Part shown: positions 31,171-40,630 of the stretch, piece by piece | How the letters are laid out: each line of letters begins with the position of its first letter | Position numbering within the stretch: the first letter of the stretch is position 1 | Source of the DNA: a virus | Direction: 5' to 3' (one strand) | UHGV virus genome: UHGV-0312702 | DNA length: 64,000 nt | Position numbers and translations under genes: made by a program | Notes under the pieces: generated by a model | Seen by the model: only the letters and a program-made list of their open reading frames with translations | Databases searched by the model: none | What the model was told of the DNA's origin: nothing

Positions 31171-31732
31171 TGGTGTGATAGATATGGAAAAAGATAACTT
31201 AAAAGATGTTGAAGGTAACTATCTAGTCCTTGATTGGAGTGATGCTCAAGAAGCACTCTCTGAAGAAAGTCTTGACAGATTAAAACAGATTGTTTTTGCA
31301 GTACGGGGTTACAGAGAAGTTAAAAATGGTAAAGACCCACTTGAAGGAGTCTTTGTAGAGAAATCTTATCCGTTCTATGAAGACACTTTGCAGAAAGTCA
31401 AGATGTACTTTAGACAGAAGAACCGTAAAGTGGTCACTATGGTATCTCTTGGTGGACAGAGTATGTCTGTGATGGAAGATATCAACCCTAAGAGACCGAG
31501 TAAAGGTGTTTGTATAAAAACCACAGGTCATGAAGAGTACATCTCAGTGGATGATTTTAGTTCATTCTGTAGTGGTTCTTGTGTCTTTAATGGTTTTCAC
31601 TATGATATCCGAGTGTACCCAATCAAGGGAGATGATATCATGATGCAGGTATTCGATAATAACAATGGATTTACTCATTTTTATCAGACAACCAAGTCAT
31701 CGCTGAAGACAGTTCTGGAAACACTGATTTAA
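31139..31732 (+). CDS. hypothetical protein, up to 197 aa (true start may be the internal ATG near 31184)
   Basis: ORF; first ATG overlaps previous gene by 32 nt. Confidence 0.4.
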   Translation: MQFQLTKFYDNGVIDMEKDNLKDVEGNYLVLDWSDAQEALSEESLDRLKQIVFAVRGYREVKNGKDPLEGVFVEKSYPFYEDTLQKVKMYFRQKNRKVVTMVSLGGQSMSVMEDINPKRPSKGVCIKTTGHEEYISVDDFSSFCSGSCVFNGFHYDIRVYPIKGDDIMMQVFDNNNGFTHFYQTTKSSLKTVLETLI

Positions 31733-31742
31733 AATATCTTAA

Positions 31743-31776
31743 GAGCCTCCTTAATCGGGGGCTTTTTAATTTTTAT
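31743..31776 (+). terminator. rho-independent terminator closing the + strand block
   Basis: AGCCTCC-TTAATC-GGGGGCT hairpin followed by TTTTTAATTTTTAT. Confidence 0.6.
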
Positions 31777-31859
31777 AAAATTTTATCGGTTGTCCCAACC
31801 TCTGGGTCACCATCATATGTGAACAAAATATCTACCCTCTTAATAACCTTCTTAATCTT

Positions 31860-31900
31860 ACTCTCTATATAGTTATATAGTACTATATAGTATCTTAGTA
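31860..31900. repeat. AT-rich tandem TATATAGT repeats
   Basis: ctctatatagt tatatagta ctatatagta in the ORF-free region. Confidence 0.5.
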
Positions 31901-32099
31901 CCTATCTAGTGGTTTTAATAGCCCCTCTGTATAGCCCTTCTAAACACTCTTCTAACAAGCCTTTTTAACAACCTATACAATCACCTTAACCACCTCTCTA
32001 TACACTCTTAGAAGCTCCTATACACATCTTAATCTCTATGTCAGCTATGATACCCTCTATAGGTGTTCACTAGGTATTACTAAGCCTCTATATAGACTG

Positions 32100-32850
32100 T
32101 TTTAACAAACTTAACAGGAATATCTTCACAGACCTTATCTCACAAGGTCTAACACGGTACTAACAAGGTATCTTATAAGCCTGTTTCTACCTGTATTTTT
32201 AAAAGACTGTCTAGGTAATTATTCAGAATTTTAAAATTTTTATAAAATAGGACTATCAAGTCATTTTTTAGGGTCTTTGAAGGAACTGAAAAATATCTGT
32301 CTAGGATGTATATCTGCTTGGTAGCCCTTAACATCCCTGTAACATCCCCTTTGCAGAATTTTAAAATATCCTTAACAATCTCTTAACAGCTCTTACATCT
32401 TCTTAACATCTCTTCAGAGGTCTTAACAGATTCTTAACAGAACTAACAAGGATGTAACAAGTTCTTAACAGTCGATACATAGGCTTTACAGAGTCTTAAC
32501 AGATGACTAACAAGAGCTAACAAGTTAATTTTTAAGAGTTATTTTGTTAAGATAATTAACAAGTTTCTAACAAGTGTTTAATCTTTTTAACAAGCTATTA
32601 ACATGGTCACTACTCTTTTCTTATCGTTCCCTCTACCTTCTTAGTGATTCTCTAAACATACCTCTTAAAAGCTCTCTATAGCTACTTATAAGCCCTTTTA
32701 AGCCTCTTCCTAGTAACTACACCCCAACTATACAGACACCTATTTATAGAGCTTTACAGGAGCTTTTAAGGCTATGCCAAAGGTTCTTACAAGTCTTTTA
32801 CGTGGTCTTAACAGAGATTTAACAAGGGGCTAACAAGTTGCTAACAAGTG
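32100..32850. repeat. iteron-like array, more than 20 copies of CTTAACAG / CTAACAAG / TTAACAAG
   Basis: Copies at about 10-11 bp phasing (for example tcttaacaga-ttcttaacag-aactaacaagg at 32421-32451; gctaacaagttgctaacaagtg at 32829-32850); no ORF of 60 aa or more on either strand in 31733-33389. Confidence 0.6.
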
Positions 32851-33325
32851 CCTTAAAAGCATAACTATGTAGGGATTGTTAAGAAATTGTTAAGAAAATG
32901 TTAAGGGGGCTAGCATTTACGTAACTTTATAGCCTCTTTTACGTAACTTTTAAGCTACTTCAGAGTAACTTTATAGCCCCTATAACATACTTTTTAGTGA
33001 CTATCAAGGGGATTGTTTAACTATTCACAAGATACTAACGAGATAATAAAGCTCATAACCTTATAAGATTCTTTTAAGCCTCTATAAAGCCCTGTAAAGA
33101 GCTTTTAAGGGTGAGTTAATGCAATCCCTTAAGTTAGATTGATAAGGCTGTTATAGCGCTTTATAGAGCGTTTAAACGGTTGCCCTTCCCTTTCGGGTTA
33201 TGGGCTTATATTTAAGTTGATTTGATAAGGGGCTATAGAGTAAGCTATAGAGTTATTACTTTTAAGGTATGAGATAGATTCTATCGAATCAGTGGGAAAG
33301 ATTCTGGGAAGGGATTGGATAGACG

Positions 33326-33352
33326 TAAAAAAGCCCCTATAAGAAGGAGCTT
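33326..33352 (-). terminator. rho-independent terminator closing the - strand small-gene array (possibly bidirectional)
   Basis: AGCCCC / GGAGCT stem flanked by A-run on one side and T-run on the other. Confidence 0.5.
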
Positions 33353-33389
33353 TTCAGGTATCTGGGGCTATTTAGCCCCGTTGCGTCGA

Positions 33390-33638
33390 TTAGTTGTAAC
33401 CTTGTTTGCTGTAGTATAGGGAGACGATTTTTTCTCCCCAGTAGTGGTAGTGATATTCCTCGTTTATGGCTTCTTTTACAGCATCCTTCCAAAAGTCATC
33501 GGTAGGGTTATAATCTGGTAGCACCTGCTGAATCAGCATTTTGATAAGGTCAAAGGTGTTATCTGTGCCACCGATATCGAATTTTGCATCAAGTTCGTGG
33601 CAGCCATAAGCATTAACAGTTACGCGGATAGTTGACAT
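33390..33638 (-). CDS. hypothetical protein, 82 aa
   Basis: ORF preceded by conserved leader cassette. Confidence 0.45.
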   Translation of the reverse strand: MSTIRVTVNAYGCHELDAKFDIGGTDNTFDLIKMLIQQVLPDYNPTDDFWKDAVKEAINEEYHYHYWGEKIVSLYYSKQGYN

Positions 33639-33705
33639 AATTTAGATTCTCCAGTTTAGGACTTTATTTAGTGGGAAGGTTAATCCCTCCCCGTTGATTA
33701 GTAAT

Positions 33706-33969
33706 TTACTGCATGTTGGCGTATGTTGCAAGCCTTTTTTCGTTGTATTTTGTCAGAATCTCACAAGATAAAACATCATATTTTGTAACCGCTTTGCCTT
33801 TGTCGAGGTCAAAGAATCCGAACGCTTTACCGTCTTTGAATCCGACAACCTCGTAAGACTCTTTGATGATTTCACCATTGAACAAATCACTTTCGATACG
33901 GTGGAATAGTGCTACATCCTCTTTGTCGGATGCAATTTGTAAAAGTGTGGTCAGTTCGACGTGTTCCAT
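33706..33969 (-). CDS. hypothetical protein, 87 aa
   Basis: ORF preceded by conserved leader cassette. Confidence 0.45.
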   Translation of the reverse strand: MEHVELTTLLQIASDKEDVALFHRIESDLFNGEIIKESYEVVGFKDGKAFGFFDLDKGKAVTKYDVLSCEILTKYNEKRLATYANMQ

Positions 33970-34030
33970 TTTGAATCTCCAGTTTAGGATTTTATTTAGT
34001 GGGGGAGGTCATCCCCCGTTGATTGACAAT

Positions 34031-34561
34031 TTACAGATTTTTGATTGTCTCGTCAATATCTTTTTCAATATCTTTTAAAGTTTTTTCTAAGTTCTTGATA
34101 TTAAACGTTAAACCTTCACCGAGAGTCTTAGAATAACCGCTAGGACGTAAACCATATAGCTCGATTTCTTCCACTTCAAAGAGGTTAACAGTCCAACCGC
34201 CTACGCCATAGGCTGAAGCAACAGTATTTGCAGGTGCGTTGTAAAACTTGTTCAAATTATGAATAGAACGTTCATAAGCCATTTTATAGCTATTTAAAAG
34301 GTTTTTAACGTGGCTGTGAACGTTTTTACACTCATCTAAGTAAAGACCTAAAAACATCGGGAGAAGTTCCGCGACAGCTTGCATAAAGTGAGAGACTACC
34401 ACGGTTGCAACATTACGACGATGAACGTAATAAGCCCCGTTTCCTGATTTGGTAATGGTTGCAAAGTGTACCCCATTACAACGGAATTCATAGGTATCTT
34501 TAACAGGCTTAGACATTACATTATTTGAACGAATATAGTTGATAGCTTTGAACTTGTTCAT
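34031..34561 (-). CDS. hypothetical protein, 176 aa
   Basis: ORF preceded by conserved leader cassette (CTAGGAGATTCTAAA then ATG). Confidence 0.5.
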   Translation of the reverse strand: MNKFKAINYIRSNNVMSKPVKDTYEFRCNGVHFATITKSGNGAYYVHRRNVATVVVSHFMQAVAELLPMFLGLYLDECKNVHSHVKNLLNSYKMAYERSIHNLNKFYNAPANTVASAYGVGGWTVNLFEVEEIELYGLRPSGYSKTLGEGLTFNIKNLEKTLKDIEKDIDETIKNL

Positions 34562-34630
34562 TTTAGAATCTCCTAGTTTAAGGACTTTATTTAGTGGGGA
34601 AGGTCATTCCCTCCCCGTTGATTAGTAATT
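34562..34630 (-). promoter_or_regulatory. conserved leader cassette, family B
   Basis: Near-identical copies upstream of genes starting at 33638, 33969, 34561, 35126, 36701; each has a GGGAA-TGACC-TTCCC hairpin, a CACTAAATAAAG box and a GGAGA RBS. Confidence 0.5.
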
Positions 34631-34784
34631 TACTTGTTTTGATAGTTGATTGCAAGCAATTTTTTAAGTTTATCTATAAAGAATCTTTTAAGTAAATCCC
34701 TTTTAGATAAACCCCCTCGAACAAATGTACTATTGTCAAGGGGTATCGTCAAGTAATTTTTTAAAGTTTTTTGTAAGTTATTGA

Positions 34785-35126
34785 TTAACTGATGAATATT
34801 TTTTCAGGTTTTACATAGCTGATACGCTGGCTTTTTAGCAGGTCATCCCAGATTAGCGCGGCAATATGAGAATAACCGGATTCACGTAAGAGCTTCATTG
34901 CTTTACTTCTCGTTTCAAAACGGCTTGCGTAGTACTCGCTATTCAGTGTCGTTTTATTCCCTTCGTTATCTGTATGGATGATTTGCATCACTTGAAAGGG
35001 GCTGACATCCTCGCCTTTGTTCCACTGCTCAAAGTATTTTAGGCACTGCATAGGTGACATCTTATCACTGACTTGAGTTGACCAAGATGAATCTTCTTTA
35101 TTGGTAATTACAGTTACATAAGCCAT
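34785..35126 (-). CDS. hypothetical protein, about 113 aa
   Basis: ORF-track start at 35192 lies inside the conserved leader cassette; ATG at 35126 has the conserved RBS spacing. Confidence 0.45.
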   Translation of the reverse strand: MAYVTVITNKEDSSWSTQVSDKMSPMQCLKYFEQWNKGEDVSPFQVMQIIHTDNEGNKTTLNSEYYASRFETRSKAMKLLRESGYSHIAALIWDDLLKSQRISYVKPEKIFIS

Positions 35127-35216
35127 TTTAGAATCTCCTAGTTTAAGGACTTTATTTAGTAGGGAGGTTATTGCCTCCCCGTTGATTGGCAATTTACAGA
35201 CTTTTATCAGGCTTGT

Positions 35217-35450
35217 CTAGTCTTTTTCAATGATAATTTCATATTGACCATCGACACTGTCAAAATAGACGCCGTCTTCATCTTCTGTCTTAAAGTAGCA
35301 TTGAATATCATCACTGGCGGGATAGTCTTGTCTTGCTATCTGGCAAACTTGAATAGCATTTTCTTTACTCCCTGTAAACTCCTCAAGCCCTTTAAAATCA
35401 CATGAATGACCATTACAAATAGAAAGGATAAGATAAACGGTTGTAAGCAT
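35217..35450 (-). CDS. hypothetical secreted/lipoprotein-like protein, 77 aa
   Basis: N-terminal hydrophobic segment ending LSICNG, Cys-containing. Confidence 0.4.
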   Translation of the reverse strand: MLTTVYLILSICNGHSCDFKGLEEFTGSKENAIQVCQIARQDYPASDDIQCYFKTEDEDGVYFDSVDGQYEIIIEKD

Positions 35451-35513
35451 GATTTAAGCCCTTTAAATGGCCCTGTATGGGCCTTAAGTTGGAAGTTGGT
35501 GTCTTTGTACTGA

Positions 35514-36077
35514 TTAACCTAAAAAGTCTTTTAAATTGCGCTCTGTGATGTTTGCCGTGATTTTATCCAGCAAGTCACAAAACACGGAACTATCACCGCT
35601 ATTCTGTACAATTTTCGCCATACTTAACAAATCATCGTCAACATAGCCTAAATTGCGGTTAGTTGCATCTGGTACAAAGAAAGGTGCATACATCGCACTA
35701 AATTTCGTCGAGTGAAGGCCAATAATCCAATTTTTATCAAAGTGTCCGGTAAAGCTGGCGATATCGCTCATGTTGTCACAAGAATAATCATCCTCTAGCT
35801 CTTCCTCTGGGATATCCATCTCAATGACAATTACGTCCTGCGTTTCCATTTGGAAAGCTGCCGTAATAAGCCCAGATTCTAAAGCGTTTTGAATGCAGCG
35901 TTCACGAATGTAAGAATCTTCCTCATCTTCCAGACATTCCGTTTTGATAATCTTGTTCATTGGGTAAACGTAGAAACAATCATCCATGTAGGAGCAGTTC
36001 CAGATTCCTTCTGGCTTGTCACCACCATTCAGCAAGTTTACAAAGTTTTTGAGGGTAGTGCCGTGATAGCATTTCAT
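35514..36077 (-). CDS. hypothetical highly acidic protein, 187 aa
   Basis: ORF; Asp/Glu-rich (for example DIPEEELEDDYSCDNMSD). Confidence 0.5.
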   Translation of the reverse strand: MKCYHGTTLKNFVNLLNGGDKPEGIWNCSYMDDCFYVYPMNKIIKTECLEDEEDSYIRERCIQNALESGLITAAFQMETQDVIVIEMDIPEEELEDDYSCDNMSDIASFTGHFDKNWIIGLHSTKFSAMYAPFFVPDATNRNLGYVDDDLLSMAKIVQNSGDSSVFCDLLDKITANITERNLKDFLG

Positions 36078-36078
36078 T

Positions 36079-36162
36079 TTTGAATCTCCAGTTTAGGATT
36101 TAGTGGTAAAGCTCTTTATCTGGGGCTTAAGATATCAACTTTTAAGCCCCCTGTAAAGTACT
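36079..36162 (-). promoter_or_regulatory. conserved leader cassette, family A
   Basis: About 85-nt element repeated almost verbatim at 36412-36503, 37210-37295, 39071-39158, 39417-39502, 39884-39972: 9-bp hairpin GGGGCTTAA...TTAAGCCCC, CACTAAATCC box, TAAACTGGAGATTCAAAA then ATG. Confidence 0.55.
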
Positions 36163-36411
36163 TTATTTAACTTTCTTTGAGAAAATTAGTTTAACTGCAA
36201 CCGTAGGAATCTCGTCAGCGCTTGTAACCAGCATTACTTTTTGGGTAACCAACTTATAACCGTTCTTTGCAGCATATGCGGTAAAACGGTTAACATTGTA
36301 ACTATAAGTTTTTGGTGTGCTATCTGGCATGTGGTAAAGAAAAGGTTTACCCAAATTTTCTTCTTGTGTCAACAGTCGGCAGGTATCAGGGATATTGAAA
36401 TAGTTCATCAT
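36163..36411 (-). CDS. hypothetical protein, 82 aa
   Basis: ORF preceded by family A cassette. Confidence 0.45.
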   Translation of the reverse strand: MMNYFNIPDTCRLLTQEENLGKPFLYHMPDSTPKTYSYNVNRFTAYAAKNGYKLVTQKVMLVTSADEIPTVAVKLIFSKKVK

Positions 36412-36503
36412 TTTTGAATCTCCAGTTTAGGATTTAGTGGTAAAGCTCTTTATCTGGGGCTTAAGATATCAACTTTTAAGCCCCCTGTAAAGTACTTTAT
36501 CAG
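36412..36503 (-). promoter_or_regulatory. conserved leader cassette, family A copy
   Basis: Near-identical to 36079-36162. Confidence 0.55.
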
Positions 36504-36701
36504 TTATTTTTTGACAACTTTTAAAACTGCAAGATAACCTAAGCAATAAGAATCACCGAAGAGAGTTCTGCCCATGAAAGAATCCTCTTTGATATCCTTT
36601 GCAGTGACAGTTTTTTCTACGCCGTGGGAAAGGACTACATCACCGACTTTGATGTCTTTGATGTGTGTTGTTTCAATGGTTAAGCCGTTAATAATAGCCA
36701 T
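36504..36701 (-). CDS. hypothetical protein, 65 aa
   Basis: ORF preceded by family B cassette. Confidence 0.4.
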   Translation of the reverse strand: MAIINGLTIETTHIKDIKVGDVVLSHGVEKTVTAKDIKEDSFMGRTLFGDSYCLGYLAVLKVVKK

Positions 36702-36804
36702 TTTAAAATCTCCTAGTTTAAGGACTTTATTTAGTGGGGAAGGTCATTCCCTCCCCGTTGATGTGTAATTTAGCCTATCTAAAAATCAGTGTCAATAATT
36801 TTTT

Positions 36805-37209
36805 TTAGAGTTCTGCGTAAATTGCATCACAGATATTACGGAAGTCATGATTTGACAAATTACGTTGTAACCAAGTGGCGAAGAAATCAGCGATTGCAAA
36901 ATTAGCATCATACTCGACAGATAGCCACACTTTAACAGCAAATCGGAACATTTTCAAGTCTAACTCTTTATTCATTACCTTAGATTTGCCTAACATGTCG
37001 GACATCTCATATTGTGCACCGTCTAGCGTGATACCTGCTGCAACGTCAGACAATGAGTTTTTTACGTTTTCAACGTCTAAGATAACACTTTGAATCTTCC
37101 CGATAATGTTGTGCAATGTTTCATCCGGTGCTGATGATGTAATAACATTAATCCGGTTAACGGTCAAACGTGCTTTTAAAATTGATAACTCACGGTTATT
37201 AATAGCCAT
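36805..37209 (-). CDS. hypothetical protein, 134 aa
   Basis: ORF preceded by family A cassette. Confidence 0.45.
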   Translation of the reverse strand: MAINNRELSILKARLTVNRINVITSSAPDETLHNIIGKIQSVILDVENVKNSLSDVAAGITLDGAQYEMSDMLGKSKVMNKELDLKMFRFAVKVWLSVEYDANFAIADFFATWLQRNLSNHDFRNICDAIYAEL

Positions 37210-37295
37210 TTTTTAGTTCTCCAATTTAGGATTTAGTGGTAAAGCTCTTTATCTGGGGCTTACTTTATCGAACTATAAGCCCCTTGTAAAGTACT

Positions 37296-37568
37296 TTATA
37301 CTAAATGCAGCTTTTTACCTTTTACTATGATGTAACTAGATGCGCTATTGCTGCATACATCTTGGTAAATTCTGCGCAAACGCCCTTCATAGTGTACTTT
37401 CCAACTGGTTGGAATCTTTTTCCCGTATCCTGTAGCAGTTTTTTGGAGTCCTGCAACTTGCCAATCCAAAATGTGCTGTTCAGCTTGTAAATCCTCGAAG
37501 TGCATTACACCGTTCACATAGTGGCGTAGGGTTACGTTTAAAGTGCGACCGTTGTTAGTAGTGTACAT
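37296..37568 (-). CDS. hypothetical protein, about 90 aa
   Basis: Start moved from 37610 to the ATG at 37568, which has the conserved RBS context. Confidence 0.4.
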   Translation of the reverse strand: MYTTNNGRTLNVTLRHYVNGVMHFEDLQAEQHILDWQVAGLQKTATGYGKKIPTSWKVHYEGRLRRIYQDVCSNSASSYIIVKGKKLHLV

Positions 37569-37841
37569 TTTAAAAGCTCTTAGTTTAAGGGTTTTATTTT
37601 GACAGTTCACTAATTAAGACATCAAAGATTATATCATTATCTGCTACAGTTGCAACACCAGTGATATAATCAATTTCTAGGATAACAACAACTTTCGTAC
37701 ATAAACCGTCATCTATATCATTCCAGACAACTTTATCACCTGCACAAAACATTTTCAGAATCTCCAGTTTAGGACTTTATTTAGTGGGGAAGGTCATTCC
37801 CTCCCCGTTGATGTGTAATTTAGCCTATCTAAAAATCAGTG

Positions 37842-38174
37842 TCAAACACTTTGTTTTCGTTTGCTCAATTCTTGAACAATTACAGCGTAGTAGTCTTTTA
37901 AGTCACTGATATTTAAAGCATTTATTAGTGAATTATAATCATCGACTAACTGAAAATCATCTTTGAAGATGTCACTTATCTGATAGGTGTTAGCTTTGTA
38001 TCTGAAGCTCATTTCTAACCGTTTTATTTGTTCATCACTTAAACGCTCCAGAAAACTCATTACAAGGCTATTATTGACCTGTTGCGTGATTGCCTTACTT
38101 GCCAGATTGTAGGCGCTGTACGCCTTATATAGCGCCATAATAGCAATGATTGCAGTGACTCCCATCATTAACAT
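37842..38174 (-). CDS. hypothetical membrane protein, 110 aa
   Basis: N-terminal hydrophobic segment; AAGAGG RBS. Confidence 0.45.
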   Translation of the reverse strand: MLMMGVTAIIAIMALYKAYSAYNLASKAITQQVNNSLVMSFLERLSDEQIKRLEMSFRYKANTYQISDIFKDDFQLVDDYNSLINALNISDLKDYYAVIVQELSKRKQSV

Positions 38175-38464
38175 GGTGTTACCTCTTTACGTGACACTTT
38201 GCCATTTACAGATATCTCATAAGATTCTAATAAATCACTTTTAGACTTTACTGGACTTTTAAAAGTATCATCATAAATATTAACTTGCAATACAGGTTTT
38301 TTATACTCCCTGCAACTGTTCCATAAACAAATCACTACACGACGGCCTTTTATTTTGCCGTGTAACCATTCCATAACATCATGACTATTCCTTGATGTTT
38401 CAATGAAATCAATTTTATTAAGTAACTTGCTTAGATTTTCACGAACTTTATTTGATAATTTCAT
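38168..38464 (-). CDS. hypothetical protein, 98 aa
   Basis: ORF preceded by cassette variant. Confidence 0.45.
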   Translation of the reverse strand: MKLSNKVRENLSKLLNKIDFIETSRNSHDVMEWLHGKIKGRRVVICLWNSCREYKKPVLQVNIYDDTFKSPVKSKSDLLESYEISVNGKVSRKEVTPC

Positions 38465-38557
38465 TTTAGAATCTCCTAGTTTAAGGGCTTTATTTTGATA
38501 AATCTTTTTATCTGGGGCTATCCTACCAGCTTGATAACCCCGTGTAAAGAAATCTAT

Positions 38558-39070
38558 TTAGTTCTTAAAGATATTCATCACTGAGTCTTTCAACGATTCC
38601 AAACGTTCTAATACTTCAGTTTCTGCGTCTGAATTGCTCACCTCTTCTTTTAGTCTATCCTCTAAATCATCACCGTCACGATAGCACCAATCGAAAGCAT
38701 AACCAAGATAAAAACTTTCTAAAACCGTGTTACCGTTTGCATCCACAACTTTCGCGGCAAGGTTGTACTCTGAAGCCTCTAAATCTCTTTCTAGTTCTTT
38801 CTGTAAGCTGGTGTAAGCCTCTTTTGATGGATTTTCCCGACCTTGTTTTGCATAGTCACTAGAAAGCTGTTTAAGGCTGTAATGTAAAGGGATTGCATAT
38901 TTAAACTCATTATGCTGATGGTTAGGATTTTTAATAGTTACACCGCCTTGATGGTCATCTGTAAACTGCCAATTATCAAGGTTATGGCTTGCTTCAAAGC
39001 AATTAACAGCCTCATAGATGATAGAAAATTTTTCTTTTACAACTTCAAAGGTAGCGTCTACAGTTTTCAT
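38558..39070 (-). CDS. hypothetical acidic protein, 170 aa
   Basis: ORF preceded by family A cassette. Confidence 0.5.
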   Translation of the reverse strand: MKTVDATFEVVKEKFSIIYEAVNCFEASHNLDNWQFTDDHQGGVTIKNPNHQHNEFKYAIPLHYSLKQLSSDYAKQGRENPSKEAYTSLQKELERDLEASEYNLAAKVVDANGNTVLESFYLGYAFDWCYRDGDDLEDRLKEEVSNSDAETEVLERLESLKDSVMNIFKN

Positions 39071-39158
39071 TTTTGAATCTCCAGTTTAGGATTTAGTGGT
39101 AAAGCTCTTTATCTGGGGCTTAAGATATCAACTTTTAAGCCCCCTGTAAAGTACTTTA
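39071..39158 (-). promoter_or_regulatory. conserved leader cassette, family A copy
   Basis: Near-identical to 36412-36503. Confidence 0.55.
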
Positions 39159-39416
39159 TCAGATTAAATTGCCAGTTAATGATAAGTGCATTTTATAGCC
39201 TTTTTTGGTAAAAACGTTCACTTTACCTAGTGTTTTTACACCTTTAAAAAGGTTGTTTGAACTGCGTTTTAAAGTTAACTGCTTATCAACCTTCACGCCC
39301 CACCTTACAGCAGATTGTTTCCCGTTGTCAATCACTTTACCGCATAACTTTTTAGCCATGTTGCGAGCGTCATCACGAGTCTTTGCAGTAATTACAACGT
39401 TTTTGATAATAGCCAT
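39159..39416 (-). CDS. hypothetical basic protein, about 85 aa
   Basis: Start moved from 39431 to the ATG at 39416, 9 nt downstream of GGAGA. Confidence 0.45.
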   Translation of the reverse strand: MAIIKNVVITAKTRDDARNMAKKLCGKVIDNGKQSAVRWGVKVDKQLTLKRSSNNLFKGVKTLGKVNVFTKKGYKMHLSLTGNLI

Positions 39417-39502
39417 TTTTAAGTTCTCCAATTTAGGATTGAGTGGTAAAGTTCTTTATCTGGGGCTTACTTTATCGAACTATAAGCCCCTTGTAAAGTA
39501 CT

Positions 39503-39883
39503 TTATTTAATTTTGAAAATTGTTACATAACCATCACTACCGATTATTTGAGACACTCCAGCTTTTTCTACTTGATAGCCCATATTTTCAAGATGATAAA
39601 CAGCATCATCATAACCATATGCGCCGCCTTGATAACGTCTCTTATCACATCTTACTAATACCTTTCCACGTCCAGCAAGTGCATTCAGTACAGCTTTTTC
39701 ACTTGAGAGTGTGCCATCTAACATGGTTGCCGTGTAATGGTTGATTCTATTCCCGTTAATATCATACTTAAAATTGAATGCGTGAACAACAATCAATTTG
39801 CCGTTAAATTTTTCATCAAGTGACTTCTCCAGTGCGTTGCGGAAGTTGTCTTTGTTGATGAATTTTGGTGCACGATAAGCCAT
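39503..39883 (-). CDS. hypothetical protein, 126 aa
   Basis: ORF preceded by family A cassette. Confidence 0.5.
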   Translation of the reverse strand: MAYRAPKFINKDNFRNALEKSLDEKFNGKLIVVHAFNFKYDINGNRINHYTATMLDGTLSSEKAVLNALAGRGKVLVRCDKRRYQGGAYGYDDAVYHLENMGYQVEKAGVSQIIGSDGYVTIFKIK

Positions 39884-39972
39884 TTTGAATCTCCTAGTTT
39901 AAGGGTTAATTTAGTAAAGCTCTTTATCTGGGGCTTAAGATATCAGCTTTTAAGCCCCCTGTAAAGTACTTT

Positions 39973-40179
39973 TTATTTATCGTAGTAGTAAATTGCTGTC
40001 TGTCTTGTAAACTTCTTAGTGTTTATTGTAAGGTAGCAATTAGAATTAATAGCCGTTTCTACATAGTTGCAATAGTCAGCTTCTGAAATTCTACGCCATG
40101 CGCCGCACACTTGCATGTAAAAACGTTTTACATTTGTATTAACGTTGGTTGTAACCATCAATTCACGACTGTAAAGCAT
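39973..40179 (-). CDS. hypothetical Cys-containing protein, 68 aa
   Basis: First gene after the candidate promoter at 40229-40257. Confidence 0.4.
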   Translation of the reverse strand: MLYSRELMVTTNVNTNVKRFYMQVCGAWRRISEADYCNYVETAINSNCYLTINTKKFTRQTAIYYYDK

Positions 40180-40228
40180 TTTTGATTCTCCAGTTTAGGA
40201 AGTGGGCTTGATTGCCCGTCTGATGCAA

Positions 40229-40257
40229 ATATTAGATAACCATACTCAAAGAGTCAA
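40229..40257 (-). promoter_or_regulatory. candidate sigma70-type promoter driving the small-gene array
   Basis: On - strand TTGACT, 17-nt spacer, TAATAT, about 45 nt upstream of the ATG at 40179. Confidence 0.45.
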
Positions 40258-40429
40258 TAGGAATTTTAAAAATATTTTTGCAAAAATTGTAATGAAACGG
40301 GCGCATGCGACTACCACAAAACAGAACTACAATCAAGAATTATTTTTCAATCCGCTACAAATTTTTCTGTTGACTTTTATTTCCAGATGTGGTAGCCTTG
40401 TGAGAAATGGCGACATCCCCACCTGTACC

Positions 40430-40630
40430 CACCTACCTGCACAATTCTAAAATGATTTTTCTTGCCCGACCTGAGCGGGGTCTGCACGTTTTGAAAATGA
40501 AAAAGCTCTTTGGAGATTACCTGCACAGTTTGAAAATGAATTTTCTCTTTGGAGTTCAAAATTTTCTCTACAGATTTCTGTCCAGAACTCTACCTGCACA
40601 ATCCTGAAATGAAAAAGCCCTCCTTACCTG
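40430..40630. repeat. tandem direct repeats (ACCTGCACAnTTnnAAAATGA...CTCTTTGGAG), about 4 copies
   Basis: Copies at about 40435, 40481, 40518, 40591 in a 500-nt ORF-free interval. Confidence 0.5.

Noticed and set aside
31777-33325. Possible CRISPR array in the repeat-rich ORF-free region
   Set aside because: Repeats are short (8-9 bp), degenerate and irregularly spaced, with no uniform repeat-spacer periodicity and no cas genes.
34562-39972. Leader-cassette hairpins as simple rho-independent terminators
   Set aside because: On the coding strand the hairpins are not followed by a U-run, so they were recorded as leader/regulatory elements instead.
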